NCBI GenBank assembly: GCA_039714155.1
Contig: JBDLJX010000002.1
Span: 1,286 to 65,285, forward strand
From: Pseudomonadota bacterium
GTDB lineage: Bacteria; Pseudomonadota; Gammaproteobacteria; UBA9214
Direction of reading: 5' to 3'
Length of the DNA: 64,000 nucleotides
The notes under the pieces are model-generated. The model was not told where the DNA came from and ran no database searches. It was given only the letters and a program-made list of their open reading frames with translations. Below are positions 49,109 through 59,037 of the stretch, piece by piece. Each line of letters starts with the position of its first letter. Within the stretch, counting starts at the first letter, position 1. The position numbers and the translations under genes were made by a program.

Positions 49109-49373
49109 AGTACTCCTTCAAGATGATATTGCCATGTTCAGAGCTACCCAGATACTACAAGACAAGGCGCAGCCCGCAGGGAATGGCGCGCCCTTTACAA
49201 GGGCTGCAACGCAGTATTGTAGTATCTGGGTAGCTCCCTTCGGGCGAGCCGGGAAGCGCTCGTCCGCGGTGTTGCGCCTCTTGGAAAGGGCGGGCCATTC
49301 CCTGCGAGGCGCGCCTAGCGGTCAAACGCTTCCCGGCTCGCTGAACATGGCAATATCATCTTGAAGGAGTACT
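49109..49373. repeat. 265-bp element of nested perfect inverted repeats (MITE-like or structured ncRNA)
   Basis: 33-bp perfect terminal inverted repeats AGTACTCCTTCAAGATGATATTGCCATGTTCAG (49109-49141 / 49341-49373). Inner perfect 19-bp IR at 49142-49160 / 49217-49235. Perfect 14-bp IR CGAGCCGGGAAGCG at 49245-49258 / 49327-49340. Further complementarity: CAGGGAATGG / CCATTCCCTG and two GGCGCGCC palindromes. Confidence 0.6.
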
Positions 49374-49427
49374 AACTGCCAGGTCCGGGTTGATTGGCCG
49401 GCTGTCTACCGGAACGGAGTTTTAGGA

Positions 49428-49949
49428 ATGCATGCAATTACTGTCAGACCCGAATCATCTGGTGACGCCCGTGCTATCGATGTCGTTCATATCAGCGCCT
49501 TTGGCGGCGAGGCGGAGGCGCTCCTGGTCAGTGCCTTGCGGGAGGCATCAAGTTATAACCGGGAATTGTCACTGGTGGCGGAACTGAACGGCCGTATTGT
49601 CGGCCACGTGCTGTTGACGCGCGTACCCCTGCGCAAACATGGCGAGGAAAAGAATGTACTGGCGCTCGGCCCGATGTCGGTGGTGCCGTCACAAAGTCAC
49701 CGTGGCATTGGTTCCGAACTGATCCAGGCCTGCGTCAATCTGGCAAGAGAAAAGGGCTATGGCGCGATCGTGGTGCTGGGGCACCCGGAATATTACCAGC
49801 GCTTTGGTTTTCGACCGGCAAAGGAATTACAGGTCACCTGCAACCTGCCGGCGCCCGAGGATGCGCTGACTGCAATAGAGATCGTAGAGGGGAATCTGGC
49901 GGGTGGTGGGCATGTCGAGTACCCGGAACCGTTTATTGCACTCTACTGA
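49428..49949 (+). CDS. GNAT-family N-acetyltransferase
   Basis: 173 aa. The acetyl-CoA binding motif HRGIGSELIQACVNLAREKGYGAIVV fits the GNAT fold. Confidence 0.8.
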   Translation: MHAITVRPESSGDARAIDVVHISAFGGEAEALLVSALREASSYNRELSLVAELNGRIVGHVLLTRVPLRKHGEEKNVLALGPMSVVPSQSHRGIGSELIQACVNLAREKGYGAIVVLGHPEYYQRFGFRPAKELQVTCNLPAPEDALTAIEIVEGNLAGGGHVEYPEPFIALY

Positions 49950-50004
49950 ACCGGCATCCTGCTGTTTTCTGTGCGACAGCGCAGCGCCACCGGCGGTGTG
50001 CGGG

Positions 50005-51672
50005 CTAATTAATACCGGCAGCCGTAAACCGAAACTGCGCAAAACTGCCGGTATCTTCCAGTTGCTGCGTCAGCCTGATTTTCTGTGTGTTGTGCTCCTC
50101 GGTAAGTGATGACAGGCATCCGCTGCGGAACGGCAGTGACGGTAACAGCAACGTCTCTGGTTGATCGATAGCAGCAAGTGCAGGCAGCAGTATGCCGTGC
50201 TTCTGTTCTTCCATGCCGGCCGGTTCTTTGCAGATGCTGGCCTGGACTGGTCTGGCGCCGGGTGGCAGCATTTGCATGCCAAGCATCAGGCCTGCCTCCG
50301 GTGTGAACTTCATCCAGCGAACAACACCCAGATGCCAGTTGGTGTTGCTGTCAGTTTCATTGATTGCGACCAGCTCGCCGACATGGGCATGGGAAGTCTC
50401 TGCGCTGTCCCACAGCAGGCAGTAACCACCGGCACTGATGTCCTGCATCTTCCATGACTCAATATGCAAACCATTGCCGCTCCGGTCAGCAGGAGTATAG
50501 GCGCCACGGAATGGATTGTTGCTTGCATTCTGGTTTAATCGTGTTTCTGTGTTGATTCTGGTTGGCTGTTCAAATGTCGGGTCACGCAGGTACTCGCCAT
50601 CCTGTACAGTCTCATCCGCAGTGTCGTTGATCCCGGGCAGAGTTGCATCCGGACCGGCGATGGCAAGGTGTATCGAGTCGAGGCCGACGACAATTCGCAC
50701 GCTTGCCTCATTACCGCGACGGGTGAACTGGCGTCTTGGCATGACACCCCAGGCCAGCATCAGCCGTTGCAGGACCTTTTCATCCGGCAGGGTTGACAGA
50801 CTTGCGGTTGATTCCCGGGTCTTTTCAATGGTTGTCCGGGCCGGCTCTGCCAGGCCACGGGTATTGATAATCAACCAGCTGGAATCCAGTTTGTCGCGGT
50901 GACCGGCGTTCAGGTAATGCGGTGGTTCATCGGCCTCGAGATGGACGGTGAAGTAACCACTGGCATCGGCATCGGTCGCCATAGCCAGGTCGCAATAATA
51001 CGCCCAGTCACCGAGCAATGCATAAACCTTGCTGATTTCACTCTGCCGCATGCGGTACGGGCAGGCGAGTGACAGCAACAGGATCCGCTTGTAGGTGTCG
51101 GCGATGGTTTCGACGCCATGAACAGGCGCTGGTTTGCCCTTGGCGGTGCCGTCGGCAAGCTTGTGCCGGTTGGCCAGTGCATAAAGACTGTTCAGGTCAC
51201 GCCAGGTGCCGGCCGGGCAGGGTATGTAGATAAGGTAACTAGCCAGCAATGCCTCGCCAAGGTAGCGCATGGCCTGGTGGATGGCATTGCCGAGCTGGCT
51301 GCTGCCCTTGTTCTTTTTTTCAAGTTCAGCGGCGACAATTTTGTAGCCGGTTGCCATTGCCATGCATAACGAGGTGGCCAGATTGGCCTGTTCAAGGGGC
51401 TTGCCGCCGAGCGGGAAGCGCTTGCCGAGAAACTGTTTCTTCAGGGCATCGGTTACACAGTGCACCGGGCCGGCAAACTGTTCCAGTGCTTCGTAGCGAT
51501 CATAAACAGGTGCGCGGGTACTGTTGATGGAGTCGAGTGCTTGCTGTAACAGGGACACCGTCAATGCGGCGTTCACGAGCGGCAGGTCTGCCGCCCACTG
51601 CTCGACAGCTTGCGGATTGGTATTGAAGCTGCCCTTGCCGGGTTTGTTCAGTAAAGGTATGTGCAGATCCAT
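50005..51672 (-). CDS. hypothetical 555-aa protein with a C-terminal PilZ-like signature (possible c-di-GMP receptor)
   Basis: No signal peptide. An RxxxR element (RRQFTRR) and a C-terminal DISAGG (D-x-S-x-G-G) resemble PilZ motifs. The spacing is atypical, so this is a weak assignment. Confidence 0.3.
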   Translation of the reverse strand: MDLHIPLLNKPGKGSFNTNPQAVEQWAADLPLVNAALTVSLLQQALDSINSTRAPVYDRYEALEQFAGPVHCVTDALKKQFLGKRFPLGGKPLEQANLATSLCMAMATGYKIVAAELEKKNKGSSQLGNAIHQAMRYLGEALLASYLIYIPCPAGTWRDLNSLYALANRHKLADGTAKGKPAPVHGVETIADTYKRILLLSLACPYRMRQSEISKVYALLGDWAYYCDLAMATDADASGYFTVHLEADEPPHYLNAGHRDKLDSSWLIINTRGLAEPARTTIEKTRESTASLSTLPDEKVLQRLMLAWGVMPRRQFTRRGNEASVRIVVGLDSIHLAIAGPDATLPGINDTADETVQDGEYLRDPTFEQPTRINTETRLNQNASNNPFRGAYTPADRSGNGLHIESWKMQDISAGGYCLLWDSAETSHAHVGELVAINETDSNTNWHLGVVRWMKFTPEAGLMLGMQMLPPGARPVQASICKEPAGMEEQKHGILLPALAAIDQPETLLLPSLPFRSGCLSSLTEEHNTQKIRLTQQLEDTGSFAQFRFTAAGIN

Positions 51673-51765
51673 TTAAGTTATTGATTCCCTGATATATTGA
51701 AGGTGTCTTACTGTCAACCGACTCATCTTATCACGTCAGCAACAGCTTACAGCCGGGTGACGTAT

Positions 51766-52773
51766 TCAACCCGGCCAAAGTGGTTGCTTGCCGGGATGAC
51801 CAGGCAGCTCCCGCACCAGTCTCGGTACCAGATAGCCCGGCAGCCGTGCATGGATATTATCCAGCAGTGTGCGGGCGCTGCTATCGCTTACCTCGAAATG
51901 GGCGGCGCCCTGTACCCGGTCGAGTTGGTGCAGGTAGTAGGGCAGTACCCCGGCCGCCAGCAGTTTCTCGCTCAATTGTACCAGGGTGTTGGCATGGTCA
52001 TTGATGCCGCGCAGCAGCACGGACTGGTTCAGCAACATCACACCGGTCTGCTGCAGGGCCTGCATTGCAGCAACGACTGACGCATCGATTTCATTCGGGT
52101 GATTGCAGTGAATTACCATTACCACCTGTTGTGGCAAGTGTGACAGCCAGTCGAGCAGTTGCGCGTCAACGCGTGCCGGCAACACGACCGGCAGGCGGGT
52201 ATGGATGCGCAGGGTATGCAGGTGGTCTGTTGCCGCAATCTCGACAGCGAGCCGGGACAGGCGCACATCCGGCAATGACAGCGGGTCACCGCCACTCAGG
52301 ATAAGCTCGCCGATGTCCGGGTGTGATCGCAGGTAGTCGATGGCCGTGTCCCATTGTGAGCCCAGCGGGTTGGCGTCGCTGTAGGGGAAGTGGCGTCGAA
52401 AGCAGTAGCGACAGTGCACGGCACAGGCGCCGGTCAGCGTCAGCAGGGCCCGGCCGTTGTATTTGTGCAGTACCCCGGGCGCCGGCATGGCGTGTTGCTC
52501 GGCCAGCGGGTCATGGCTATAACCCGGCTGGTCCCCGTTCTCCGCGGCTGCCGGCAAGACCTGTCGCAGCAGGGGATCATTGATGTTGCCGGGTTGCATG
52601 CGATCAACAAAGGCCTGCGGCACACGCAGCGGGAACTGGCTGGCGGCAACAGGCAGGGGTGGTTGCGGGGTAATTTCAAGCCGCTTCAGCAGCGCGTCTA
52701 CGGACGTGATGGCCCGGGCCAGCGCCGTTTGCCAGTCCGGTGTGTGTCCTGTTGTCTCCAATCGCGGTATCAT
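51766..52773 (-). CDS. epmB: EF-P beta-lysylation protein EpmB (lysine 2,3-aminomutase-like radical SAM)
   Basis: CAVHCRYCFRR radical-SAM motif. Divergent from efp-epmA. Confidence 0.85.
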   Translation of the reverse strand: MIPRLETTGHTPDWQTALARAITSVDALLKRLEITPQPPLPVAASQFPLRVPQAFVDRMQPGNINDPLLRQVLPAAAENGDQPGYSHDPLAEQHAMPAPGVLHKYNGRALLTLTGACAVHCRYCFRRHFPYSDANPLGSQWDTAIDYLRSHPDIGELILSGGDPLSLPDVRLSRLAVEIAATDHLHTLRIHTRLPVVLPARVDAQLLDWLSHLPQQVVMVIHCNHPNEIDASVVAAMQALQQTGVMLLNQSVLLRGINDHANTLVQLSEKLLAAGVLPYYLHQLDRVQGAAHFEVSDSSARTLLDNIHARLPGYLVPRLVRELPGHPGKQPLWPG

Positions 52774-52826
52774 AGCCGGCGTTTTTTCACCTCTACCAGT
52801 TGCGGCAGATTATACAAAGGGCAGTT

Positions 52827-53396
52827 ATGGCATCGTACAGCACCAATGAATTCAAGGGCGGCCTGAAGATCATGATTGACGGCGACCCCTGTTCCATTAT
52901 TGAAAACGAGTTCGTCAAGCCTGGCAAGGGGCAGGCGTTCAACCGCGTCAAGATCCGTAACCTGAAAACCGGGCGCGTGATCGAACGTACCTTCAAGTCC
53001 GGTGAATCCGTCGAAGGCGCAGACGTCATGGATACCGATATGCAATATCTGTATGCCGATGGTGAGTTCTGGCACTTCATGGACCCGAATTCCTTTGAGC
53101 AGCATGCCGCCGATGCAACCGCGGTCGGTGATGCGAAGAAATGGCTGAAAGAACAGGACATGTGCGAAGTCACGCTGTGGAATGGCACGCCACTGGTGAT
53201 CACACCACCGAATTTTGTGATGCTGGCGGTCACCGAGACCGACCCGGGTGTCCGCGGTGATACTTCCGGCGGGGGCGGCAAGCCGGCGACCCTGGAAACC
53301 GGTGCGGTCGTGCGTGTGCCGCTGTTTATCGATATTGGTGAAGTGCTGAAGATCGACACCCGTACCGGTGAGTACGTTGGCCGCGCCAGGGACTGA
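52827..53396 (+). CDS. efp: elongation factor P
   Basis: [46 protein letters not shown], including the conserved modified Lys in the KPGKG loop. The ORF is open from 52800. Confidence 0.9.
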   Translation: MASYSTNEFKGGLKIMIDGDPCSIIENEFVKPGKGQAFNRVKIRNLKTGRVIERTFKSGESVEGADVMDTDMQYLYADGEFWHFMDPNSFEQHAADATAVGDAKKWLKEQDMCEVTLWNGTPLVITPPNFVMLAVTETDPGVRGDTSGGGGKPATLETGAVVRVPLFIDIGEVLKIDTRTGEYVGRARD

Positions 53397-53423
53397 TGCC
53401 GACAGGCTCTCAGGCAGGAACAT

Positions 53424-54413
53424 TTGCAGGCTGAAGCAGACTGGCAACCGACGGCATCACTTGATGCCCTGAAACTTCGCGCCACCGTGCTCGCACGCCT
53501 GCGCGGGTTTTTTGCCGCGCGTAATGTGCTTGAAGTGGACACGCCGGTGTTATCCGTTGCCGGCACACCCGATCCCGCACTGCACAGTTTTCAAACCCGC
53601 TGGCACGGCCCTGGCACATTAAACGGCACATCGTTCTACCTGCACACCTCGCCCGAGTTTCCCATGAAGCGCTTGCTGGCCGCAGGCGCCGGTTCCATCT
53701 ATCAGGTCTGCAAGGTATTCCGTGACGGTGAGTCCGGCCGACATCACAACCCTGAATTTACCCTGCTGGAGTGGTATCGCACCGGCTTTGATTATTTCGA
53801 TCTGATGGATGAGGTCGAGGTGCTGCTGCGGGAAGTGCTGGAGGGGCTCGTGCCGCTTGATTCGGTCGATCACTGGACCTATCGTGACCTGTTTGTCGAG
53901 ACCGCCGGCATCGATCCGTTCACGGTCACGGTCGCCGGACTCGGTTCACAGTTGCAGGCGCGCGGTATCAGTCCGCCGGCGGGACTGGCGGCGGATGATC
54001 ATGATGGCTGGCTGGATATGGTACTGACGCATGTGGTGGAACCCGCCATGCCAGCCGGTCTGGTGTTTGTCCGTGACTATCCGGCGAGCCAGGCGGCGCT
54101 GGCACGCTTGCGTCCGGGAACACCGCCGGTGGCGGCACGCTTTGAGGTCTACCTGAACGGTATTGAGCTGGCCAACGGTTTTCACGAGCTGACCGATGCC
54201 GATGAGCAGCGACAGAGGTTTGCGCAGGAGAATGATCGCCGTCAACAGCAGGGCGATGACGCCATCACAACTGATGAGCGCTTGCTGGCTGCCCTGGAAG
54301 CCGGTGTGCCGGACTGTGCCGGCGTGGCGCTCGGTATTGACCGGCTGTTGATGATTGCGGGCCAATACGGCTCGCTTGATGATGTCATAGCCTTTCCACT
54401 GGAGCGCGCCTGA
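53424..54413 (+). CDS. epmA: EF-P--(R)-beta-lysine ligase EpmA (GenX/PoxA)
   Basis: Class II aaRS-like core (FFAARNVLEVDTPVL...FRDGESGRHHNPEFTLLEWY...). 329 aa. Confidence 0.85.
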   Translation: MQAEADWQPTASLDALKLRATVLARLRGFFAARNVLEVDTPVLSVAGTPDPALHSFQTRWHGPGTLNGTSFYLHTSPEFPMKRLLAAGAGSIYQVCKVFRDGESGRHHNPEFTLLEWYRTGFDYFDLMDEVEVLLREVLEGLVPLDSVDHWTYRDLFVETAGIDPFTVTVAGLGSQLQARGISPPAGLAADDHDGWLDMVLTHVVEPAMPAGLVFVRDYPASQAALARLRPGTPPVAARFEVYLNGIELANGFHELTDADEQRQRFAQENDRRQQQGDDAITTDERLLAALEAGVPDCAGVALGIDRLLMIAGQYGSLDDVIAFPLERA

Positions 54414-54430
54414 GTCCAGGTGTTCTATCC

Positions 54431-55159
54431 ATGTTAACCGCCGTCCGTATCGTCTTGCTGAATACCAGTCATCCCGGCAACATCGGTGCAGCCGCACGCG
54501 CCATGAAAACCATGGGTCTGGAGGAACTCTGCCTGGTCAATCCAGGCCGGTTTCCTGCTGCCGAGGCGACGGCGCGCGCATCCGGTGCGGATGACCTGCT
54601 GGCACGGGCACGCATATTCGACAGCCTGGCTGATGCAATCAAGGACTGTTACCTGGTCGTCGGTGCCAGTGCACGTGCCCGTAGCATTCCGTGTCCCGTG
54701 CTTGATCCGCACGCATGTGCCAGACGGATTGCCGGACAGGGCCTTAACATGAAAGCCGCTGTCCTGTTTGGTAATGAACAGTCCGGCCTGAGCAATGCCG
54801 AGATGGATCATTGCCATTACCTGGTCAACATTGACGCCAACCCGGAATACAGTTCACTGAACCTGGCAGCAGCAGTGCAGATCATTGCCTACGAACTGCG
54901 CGTGGCGTTTGCTGCACATGATGACACTGTTGGTGCTGCGGTACCGGAGCACGTGCCAGTGGACAGTGGCGAGATGCAACGCTTCTACGAGCACCTTGAG
55001 CAAACACTGATCGAACTGGAGTTTCTCAATCCCGAAAATCCGCGCCAGTTAATGCGCCGCTTGAGGCGTTTGTATAATCGTGCCAGTCCGGACAGCAGCG
55101 AGATGAATATCCTGCGCGGCATCCTTGCGGCTGCACTGCAAAAACATGGTACTAATTAG
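54431..55159 (+). CDS. trmJ: tRNA (cytidine/uridine-2'-O)-methyltransferase TrmJ
   Basis: SpoU/TrmH methyltransferase N-terminus (VRIVLLNTSHPGNIGAAARAMKTMG) with the TrmJ C-terminal extension. Conserved trmJ-cysE-iscR order. Confidence 0.85.
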   Translation: MLTAVRIVLLNTSHPGNIGAAARAMKTMGLEELCLVNPGRFPAAEATARASGADDLLARARIFDSLADAIKDCYLVVGASARARSIPCPVLDPHACARRIAGQGLNMKAAVLFGNEQSGLSNAEMDHCHYLVNIDANPEYSSLNLAAAVQIIAYELRVAFAAHDDTVGAAVPEHVPVDSGEMQRFYEHLEQTLIELEFLNPENPRQLMRRLRRLYNRASPDSSEMNILRGILAAALQKHGTN

Positions 55160-55295
55160 ACTTGGCTATTCCCCGATGATCGTTATGGCAACTGTCATCG
55201 CCAGGATAAAACAGTTAGCATGGTTACAGGCAGGACATGAACTGTATTTGAATCCTTGATAGGAATACATTGTAAGTATCTGTAGTATATAGTCA

Positions 55296-56114
55296 ATGTT
55301 TGAGCGTATTCGCGAAGATGTCCATTCTGTTTTCGAGCGTGATCCGGCTGCCCGGAATACCCTGGAGGTCCTGACAACCTACCCCGGGATCCACGCCATT
55401 CTGTTTCATCGCCTGAATCACTGGTTGTGGACCCATGAACTGAGATGGCTGGCGCGGGTGCTCTCCAACGTGCCGCGCTTGTACACGGGTATCGAGATCC
55501 ATCCCGGCGCACATATTGGCCGCCGCTTTTTTATCGATCACGGCATGGGTGTAGTCATCGGCGAGACTACCGAGATCGGTGATGACTGCACGCTGTATCA
55601 CGGTGTCACGCTTGGTGGTACCAGCTGGGACAAGGGCAAACGTCACCCGACACTCGGCAATGACGTGGTCATCGGTGCCGGTGCCAAGGTGCTCGGTCCG
55701 ATTACCATTGGCAGTGGTGTACGCATCGGCTCCAATGCCGTGGTACTCAAGAGTGTTAATGACAACAATACTGTTGTGGGGGTGCCGGGTCGTGTTGTCG
55801 GCAAGGAGGCACTCATGCCCGACTCAAAACGACAGGCTATTGCCCGCAAGATGGGCTTCGATGCCTACGGCGAAACCCGGGACATGCCTGACCCGGTCGC
55901 GAATGCCGTTAACGGTATCCTCGATCATATCCATGCCATGGACCAGCGGCTGGAAGAGATGTGCAAGGGGCTGAAGGATCTGGGTGCCGAGGTCGGGGAT
56001 ATGCAGTTACCAGACCTGGGGTCCTGCGAACTCAATCATGTTGAGGGCAAGGAGATCCATGTGGCTGGGGAGCAGGAAGAAGCAGTCAAGGAAGACGGTT
56101 CCTCCGGTTCCTGA
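55296..56114 (+). CDS. cysE: serine O-acetyltransferase
   Basis: SATase N-terminal domain plus hexapeptide repeats ([27 protein letters not shown]...), with a C-terminal extension. Confidence 0.85.
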   Translation: MFERIREDVHSVFERDPAARNTLEVLTTYPGIHAILFHRLNHWLWTHELRWLARVLSNVPRLYTGIEIHPGAHIGRRFFIDHGMGVVIGETTEIGDDCTLYHGVTLGGTSWDKGKRHPTLGNDVVIGAGAKVLGPITIGSGVRIGSNAVVLKSVNDNNTVVGVPGRVVGKEALMPDSKRQAIARKMGFDAYGETRDMPDPVANAVNGILDHIHAMDQRLEEMCKGLKDLGAEVGDMQLPDLGSCELNHVEGKEIHVAGEQEEAVKEDGSSGS

Positions 56115-56153
56115 TGCAGTGACCGCAATAGTGAACAGGACGGGTACAGAGCA

Positions 56154-56642
56154 GTGAAACTGACAAGCAAGGGGCGTTATGCCGTAACTGCGATGCTGGA
56201 TCTCGCTTTCCACTCACAGGCGGGTCCGGTCACCTTGTCGCAGATATCGCGGCGGCAGGATATCTCCCTCTCCTATCTGGAACAGTTATTCACCCGGCTG
56301 CGCAAGAGTGAACTGGTTCGGAGTACCCGTGGCCCGGGTGGTGGCTATTCACTCAACCGCTCACCGGAGCAGATTCCGGTTGCCGGGATTATATCCGCAG
56401 TTGATGAGGTGGTCGCTACCACACGCTGCAGTGGATCCAATGACTGCCAGGATGGCCAGCGGTGTCTGACCCACGAACTCTGGGACGAGTTGTCTCGTCA
56501 GATATATGGTTTTCTGAACGAAATTACACTCAAGGACCTGATGGATGACGAGAACATCAAGAGTGTCGCCGAGCGTCAGGACAACCGCATGCACGACCAT
56601 GTCGATGTTGCCATTAACCTGCCTGATCCGGAAAAGCCATAA
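56154..56642 (+). CDS. iscR: Rrf2-family Fe-S cluster regulator IscR
   Basis: [18 protein letters not shown], with the three-Cys cluster-ligating segment [19 protein letters not shown]. Confidence 0.85.
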   Translation: MKLTSKGRYAVTAMLDLAFHSQAGPVTLSQISRRQDISLSYLEQLFTRLRKSELVRSTRGPGGGYSLNRSPEQIPVAGIISAVDEVVATTRCSGSNDCQDGQRCLTHELWDELSRQIYGFLNEITLKDLMDDENIKSVAERQDNRMHDHVDVAINLPDPEKP

Positions 56643-56751
56643 AACTGCCTGAACTGCGAGACCGGTCACACAATAAGGTGGCCTGAATCACGGAAGTTTC
56701 CACCGACTGCCGCTAACATAGTCATCAACATGCAATACGCAGGAGATGATT

Positions 56752-56907
56752 ATGTACAAGTGGATAGTGGCAGTTATCGCAATCGTTGTAATCGGTGACC
56801 CGGGTTTCTCCTGGCTGGCAACAGTTGGTGAAATGAAAGATGTCGTTATTGCAGCCATGTTCGCGCTTGTCGCAGTACCGTGGGTAGTATCACAATTCGA
56901 TAACTGA
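56752..56907 (+). CDS. small hydrophobic protein (51 aa), hypothetical
   Basis: AGGAG sits 6 nt before the ATG. MYKWIVAVIAIVVIGDPGFSWLATVGEMKDVVIAAMFALVAVPWVVSQFDN. It occupies the position where iscS would normally follow iscR. Confidence 0.35.
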   Translation: MYKWIVAVIAIVVIGDPGFSWLATVGEMKDVVIAAMFALVAVPWVVSQFDN

Positions 56908-57159
56908 CCTCCCTGTGTGACGGCTCCGACACCGTCTGGTGAGCTACCCGCATCCCGGCCCCTGGCAGCAATGCCCGGGGCCTTTTTTATGGTGCGCCAG
57001 GCATGGCGCGCATTCCCCTGGGAGATCTGTCCCCCTGCCACTGCCACCACTGTCGTGAGGCGGCGGGATGGGCAGACAGAAGTCAGCAGAAGCCATAGTA
57101 GGTGCCTGACCCGTCACTGAAGGGCGGAACCCGCAAGACGGATTCGTCTGCTGGATAAC

Positions 57160-58521
57160 TCAGGTATCAGTTGATTTGAATTCTGCCGGTTTCAGGTGGT
57201 GCTTTTTCAGAAGTTTGTAGAATTCGGTGCGATTGCGTTTTGCAATACTCGCTGCCTGGGTGACATTGCCATTCGTGATCTGCATCAGTCGGGTCAGGTA
57301 GTCCCTCTCAAACTGATTGCGTGCTTCAACGAACGCAGGTATTTCGGCGCTTTCATTGCGCAATGCACGTTGCACCAGGCTGGCCGGGATCAATGGGGTG
57401 GTTGATAGTGCTACAGACTGCTCCACCACATTATGGAGTTGCCTGATATTGCCAGGCCAGCTGGCGGCAAGCATTGCCTCCATGGATTCAGGGGAGAATC
57501 CGGTTACGCCTTTTCTCCCGGCATCAGGAAAGTTACGCAGGAAATGGTGCGCCAGCAGGGGGATATCCTCGCGTCGTTCGGCCAATGACGGTAGCTCGAG
57601 AGTTACCACATTCAGGCGGTAATACAGATCTTCCCTGAAACGGCTCTCCTGGCAGGCCAGCTCGAGGTCCTGATGGGTGGCAGAGATGATACGAACATCG
57701 ATCGGTACGGACTGGGTCGAACCTACCGGCCGTATGACTCGCTCCTGTATTGCACGCAGCAGTTTTACCTGAAAGCCGAGCGGCATATCGCCAATCTCAT
57801 CCAGAAACAGGGTGCCTCCTTCCGCGGCGCGGAACATGCCGGAATGGTCACGGGTTGCCCCGGTAAAGGCCCCCTTGATGTGGCCGAATAACTCGGATTC
57901 GAGCAGGGATTCGGGTATGGCGCTGCAGTTCAGGGCAATGAATGCTCCTGTCGCCCGCAGGCTGGCGTTATGGACGGCACAGGCAAGCAGTTCCTTGCCG
58001 GTCCCGCTCTGACCATGAATGAGTACACTGGTGTTACTGTCAGCGACCAGACGGGCCTGGGTCAGGATATTTTCCATTAACGGGCTGCGGGTGATGATCT
58101 CGCTGCGCCATTTTTCCGGACCACGTTCAGATTCCTTGTCTGTTGAATCGCCTGTGATCTTCAGGGCACGTGACACGTGCTCCAGCAGATTCTTGCTGTC
58201 AAACGGCTTGGTTAAATAGCTGAATACTCCCCTGCTGGTAGCCTCTACTGCCTCTGGAATACTGCCATGGGCGGTGAGAATCATCACCGGTAGTGATGGA
58301 TTGCGGCTATTCACCTCATTGAAGAGCGACATACCATCCATACCCCCCATCTGCAGATCTGTGATGATGAGATGAGGCAGAAACAATGGTAGTTGTGCCA
58401 GGGCCTGCTCACCACTCCCAACAGTGGCCACCTCATACCCGGCGGCAGACAGGCGCATTGACAATAACCGTAGCAGGCTGGGGTCATCATCAACAAGCAA
58501 TAACCGGTGCTTGTCGGTCAT
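57160..58521 (-). CDS. glrR: sigma-54-dependent response regulator (GlrR/QseF-like, NtrC family)
   Basis: REC domain ([14 protein letters not shown]...), AAA+ sigma-54 interaction domain ([24 protein letters not shown]) and a C-terminal Fis-type HTH. It is downstream of an HK-lipoprotein pair, as in glrK-qseG-glrR. Confidence 0.7.
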   Translation of the reverse strand: MTDKHRLLLVDDDPSLLRLLSMRLSAAGYEVATVGSGEQALAQLPLFLPHLIITDLQMGGMDGMSLFNEVNSRNPSLPVMILTAHGSIPEAVEATSRGVFSYLTKPFDSKNLLEHVSRALKITGDSTDKESERGPEKWRSEIITRSPLMENILTQARLVADSNTSVLIHGQSGTGKELLACAVHNASLRATGAFIALNCSAIPESLLESELFGHIKGAFTGATRDHSGMFRAAEGGTLFLDEIGDMPLGFQVKLLRAIQERVIRPVGSTQSVPIDVRIISATHQDLELACQESRFREDLYYRLNVVTLELPSLAERREDIPLLAHHFLRNFPDAGRKGVTGFSPESMEAMLAASWPGNIRQLHNVVEQSVALSTTPLIPASLVQRALRNESAEIPAFVEARNQFERDYLTRLMQITNGNVTQAASIAKRNRTEFYKLLKKHHLKPAEFKSTDT

Positions 58522-58527
58522 GATGGC

Positions 58528-59037
58528 TTATTCATCGATTGATTTATCACGCTGCTGAATTGTTTGCTCAATGCTGGTCAGATCCAGCAGTTGCTGCTCC
58601 AGTTCTTCAATACGTTTTTTATCTTGCCGGGTCCGGCCCGAGAGTGTGTCGATTTCCTGGCTTGCCTTTATATGCTGCTGCAGAATGGTGACCAGCTCCC
58701 GGTCGCCTGGTTCGATCGTGGCAGTATCAATATTCACCATGATTTGTCGGGCCCGTTTTATATTCCGAACCGGTTTGTCACTGTAGGCTAGCAGTAACGC
58801 AATCTTTATACGGTTGCTGGTATTCGGGTTATACCGGAATTCATCCTCCCAGGAAGTTAGTACATCCTGTAATTCTGCCGGTGGCAAGCCGCGGGTAGAG
58901 TGGAGTTGGCCCAGCCAGTAATCTGCACCACTACGGGTGCTGACAGGCGCCCATGCGTTGCCGGTGTGGGGGCTCATATTACTGCATCCCAGCAGCGTCA
59001 GGACGGTTAAGACAAGTACTGTTCTATACGGCATCAT
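58528..59037 (-). CDS. qseG: QseG-like outer-membrane lipoprotein, between the kinase and regulator genes
   Basis: Lipobox LTLLGCSN and a C-terminal coiled-coil (RIEELEQQLLDLTSIEQTIQQ). The position between the HK and sigma-54 RR is diagnostic of QseEGF-type operons. The ORF is open to 59088. Confidence 0.5.
   Translation of the reverse strand: MMPYRTVLVLTVLTLLGCSNMSPHTGNAWAPVSTRSGADYWLGQLHSTRGLPPAELQDVLTSWEDEFRYNPNTSNRIKIALLLAYSDKPVRNIKRARQIMVNIDTATIEPGDRELVTILQQHIKASQEIDTLSGRTRQDKKRIEELEQQLLDLTSIEQTIQQRDKSIDE

Noticed and set aside
48894-49364. Two small ORFs (75 aa minus-strand at 48894-49121, 76 aa plus-strand at 49134-49364) in the 49.1 kb region
   Set aside because: They lie within or across the nested inverted repeats. 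Their mirror-image reading frames are a by-product of the palindromes and have no RBS.
50005-51672. Firm PilZ-domain assignment for the 555-aa protein
   Set aside because: The RxxxR and DxSxGG elements are ~110 aa apart rather than 20-30 aa. It is kept only as a weak, flagged possibility.
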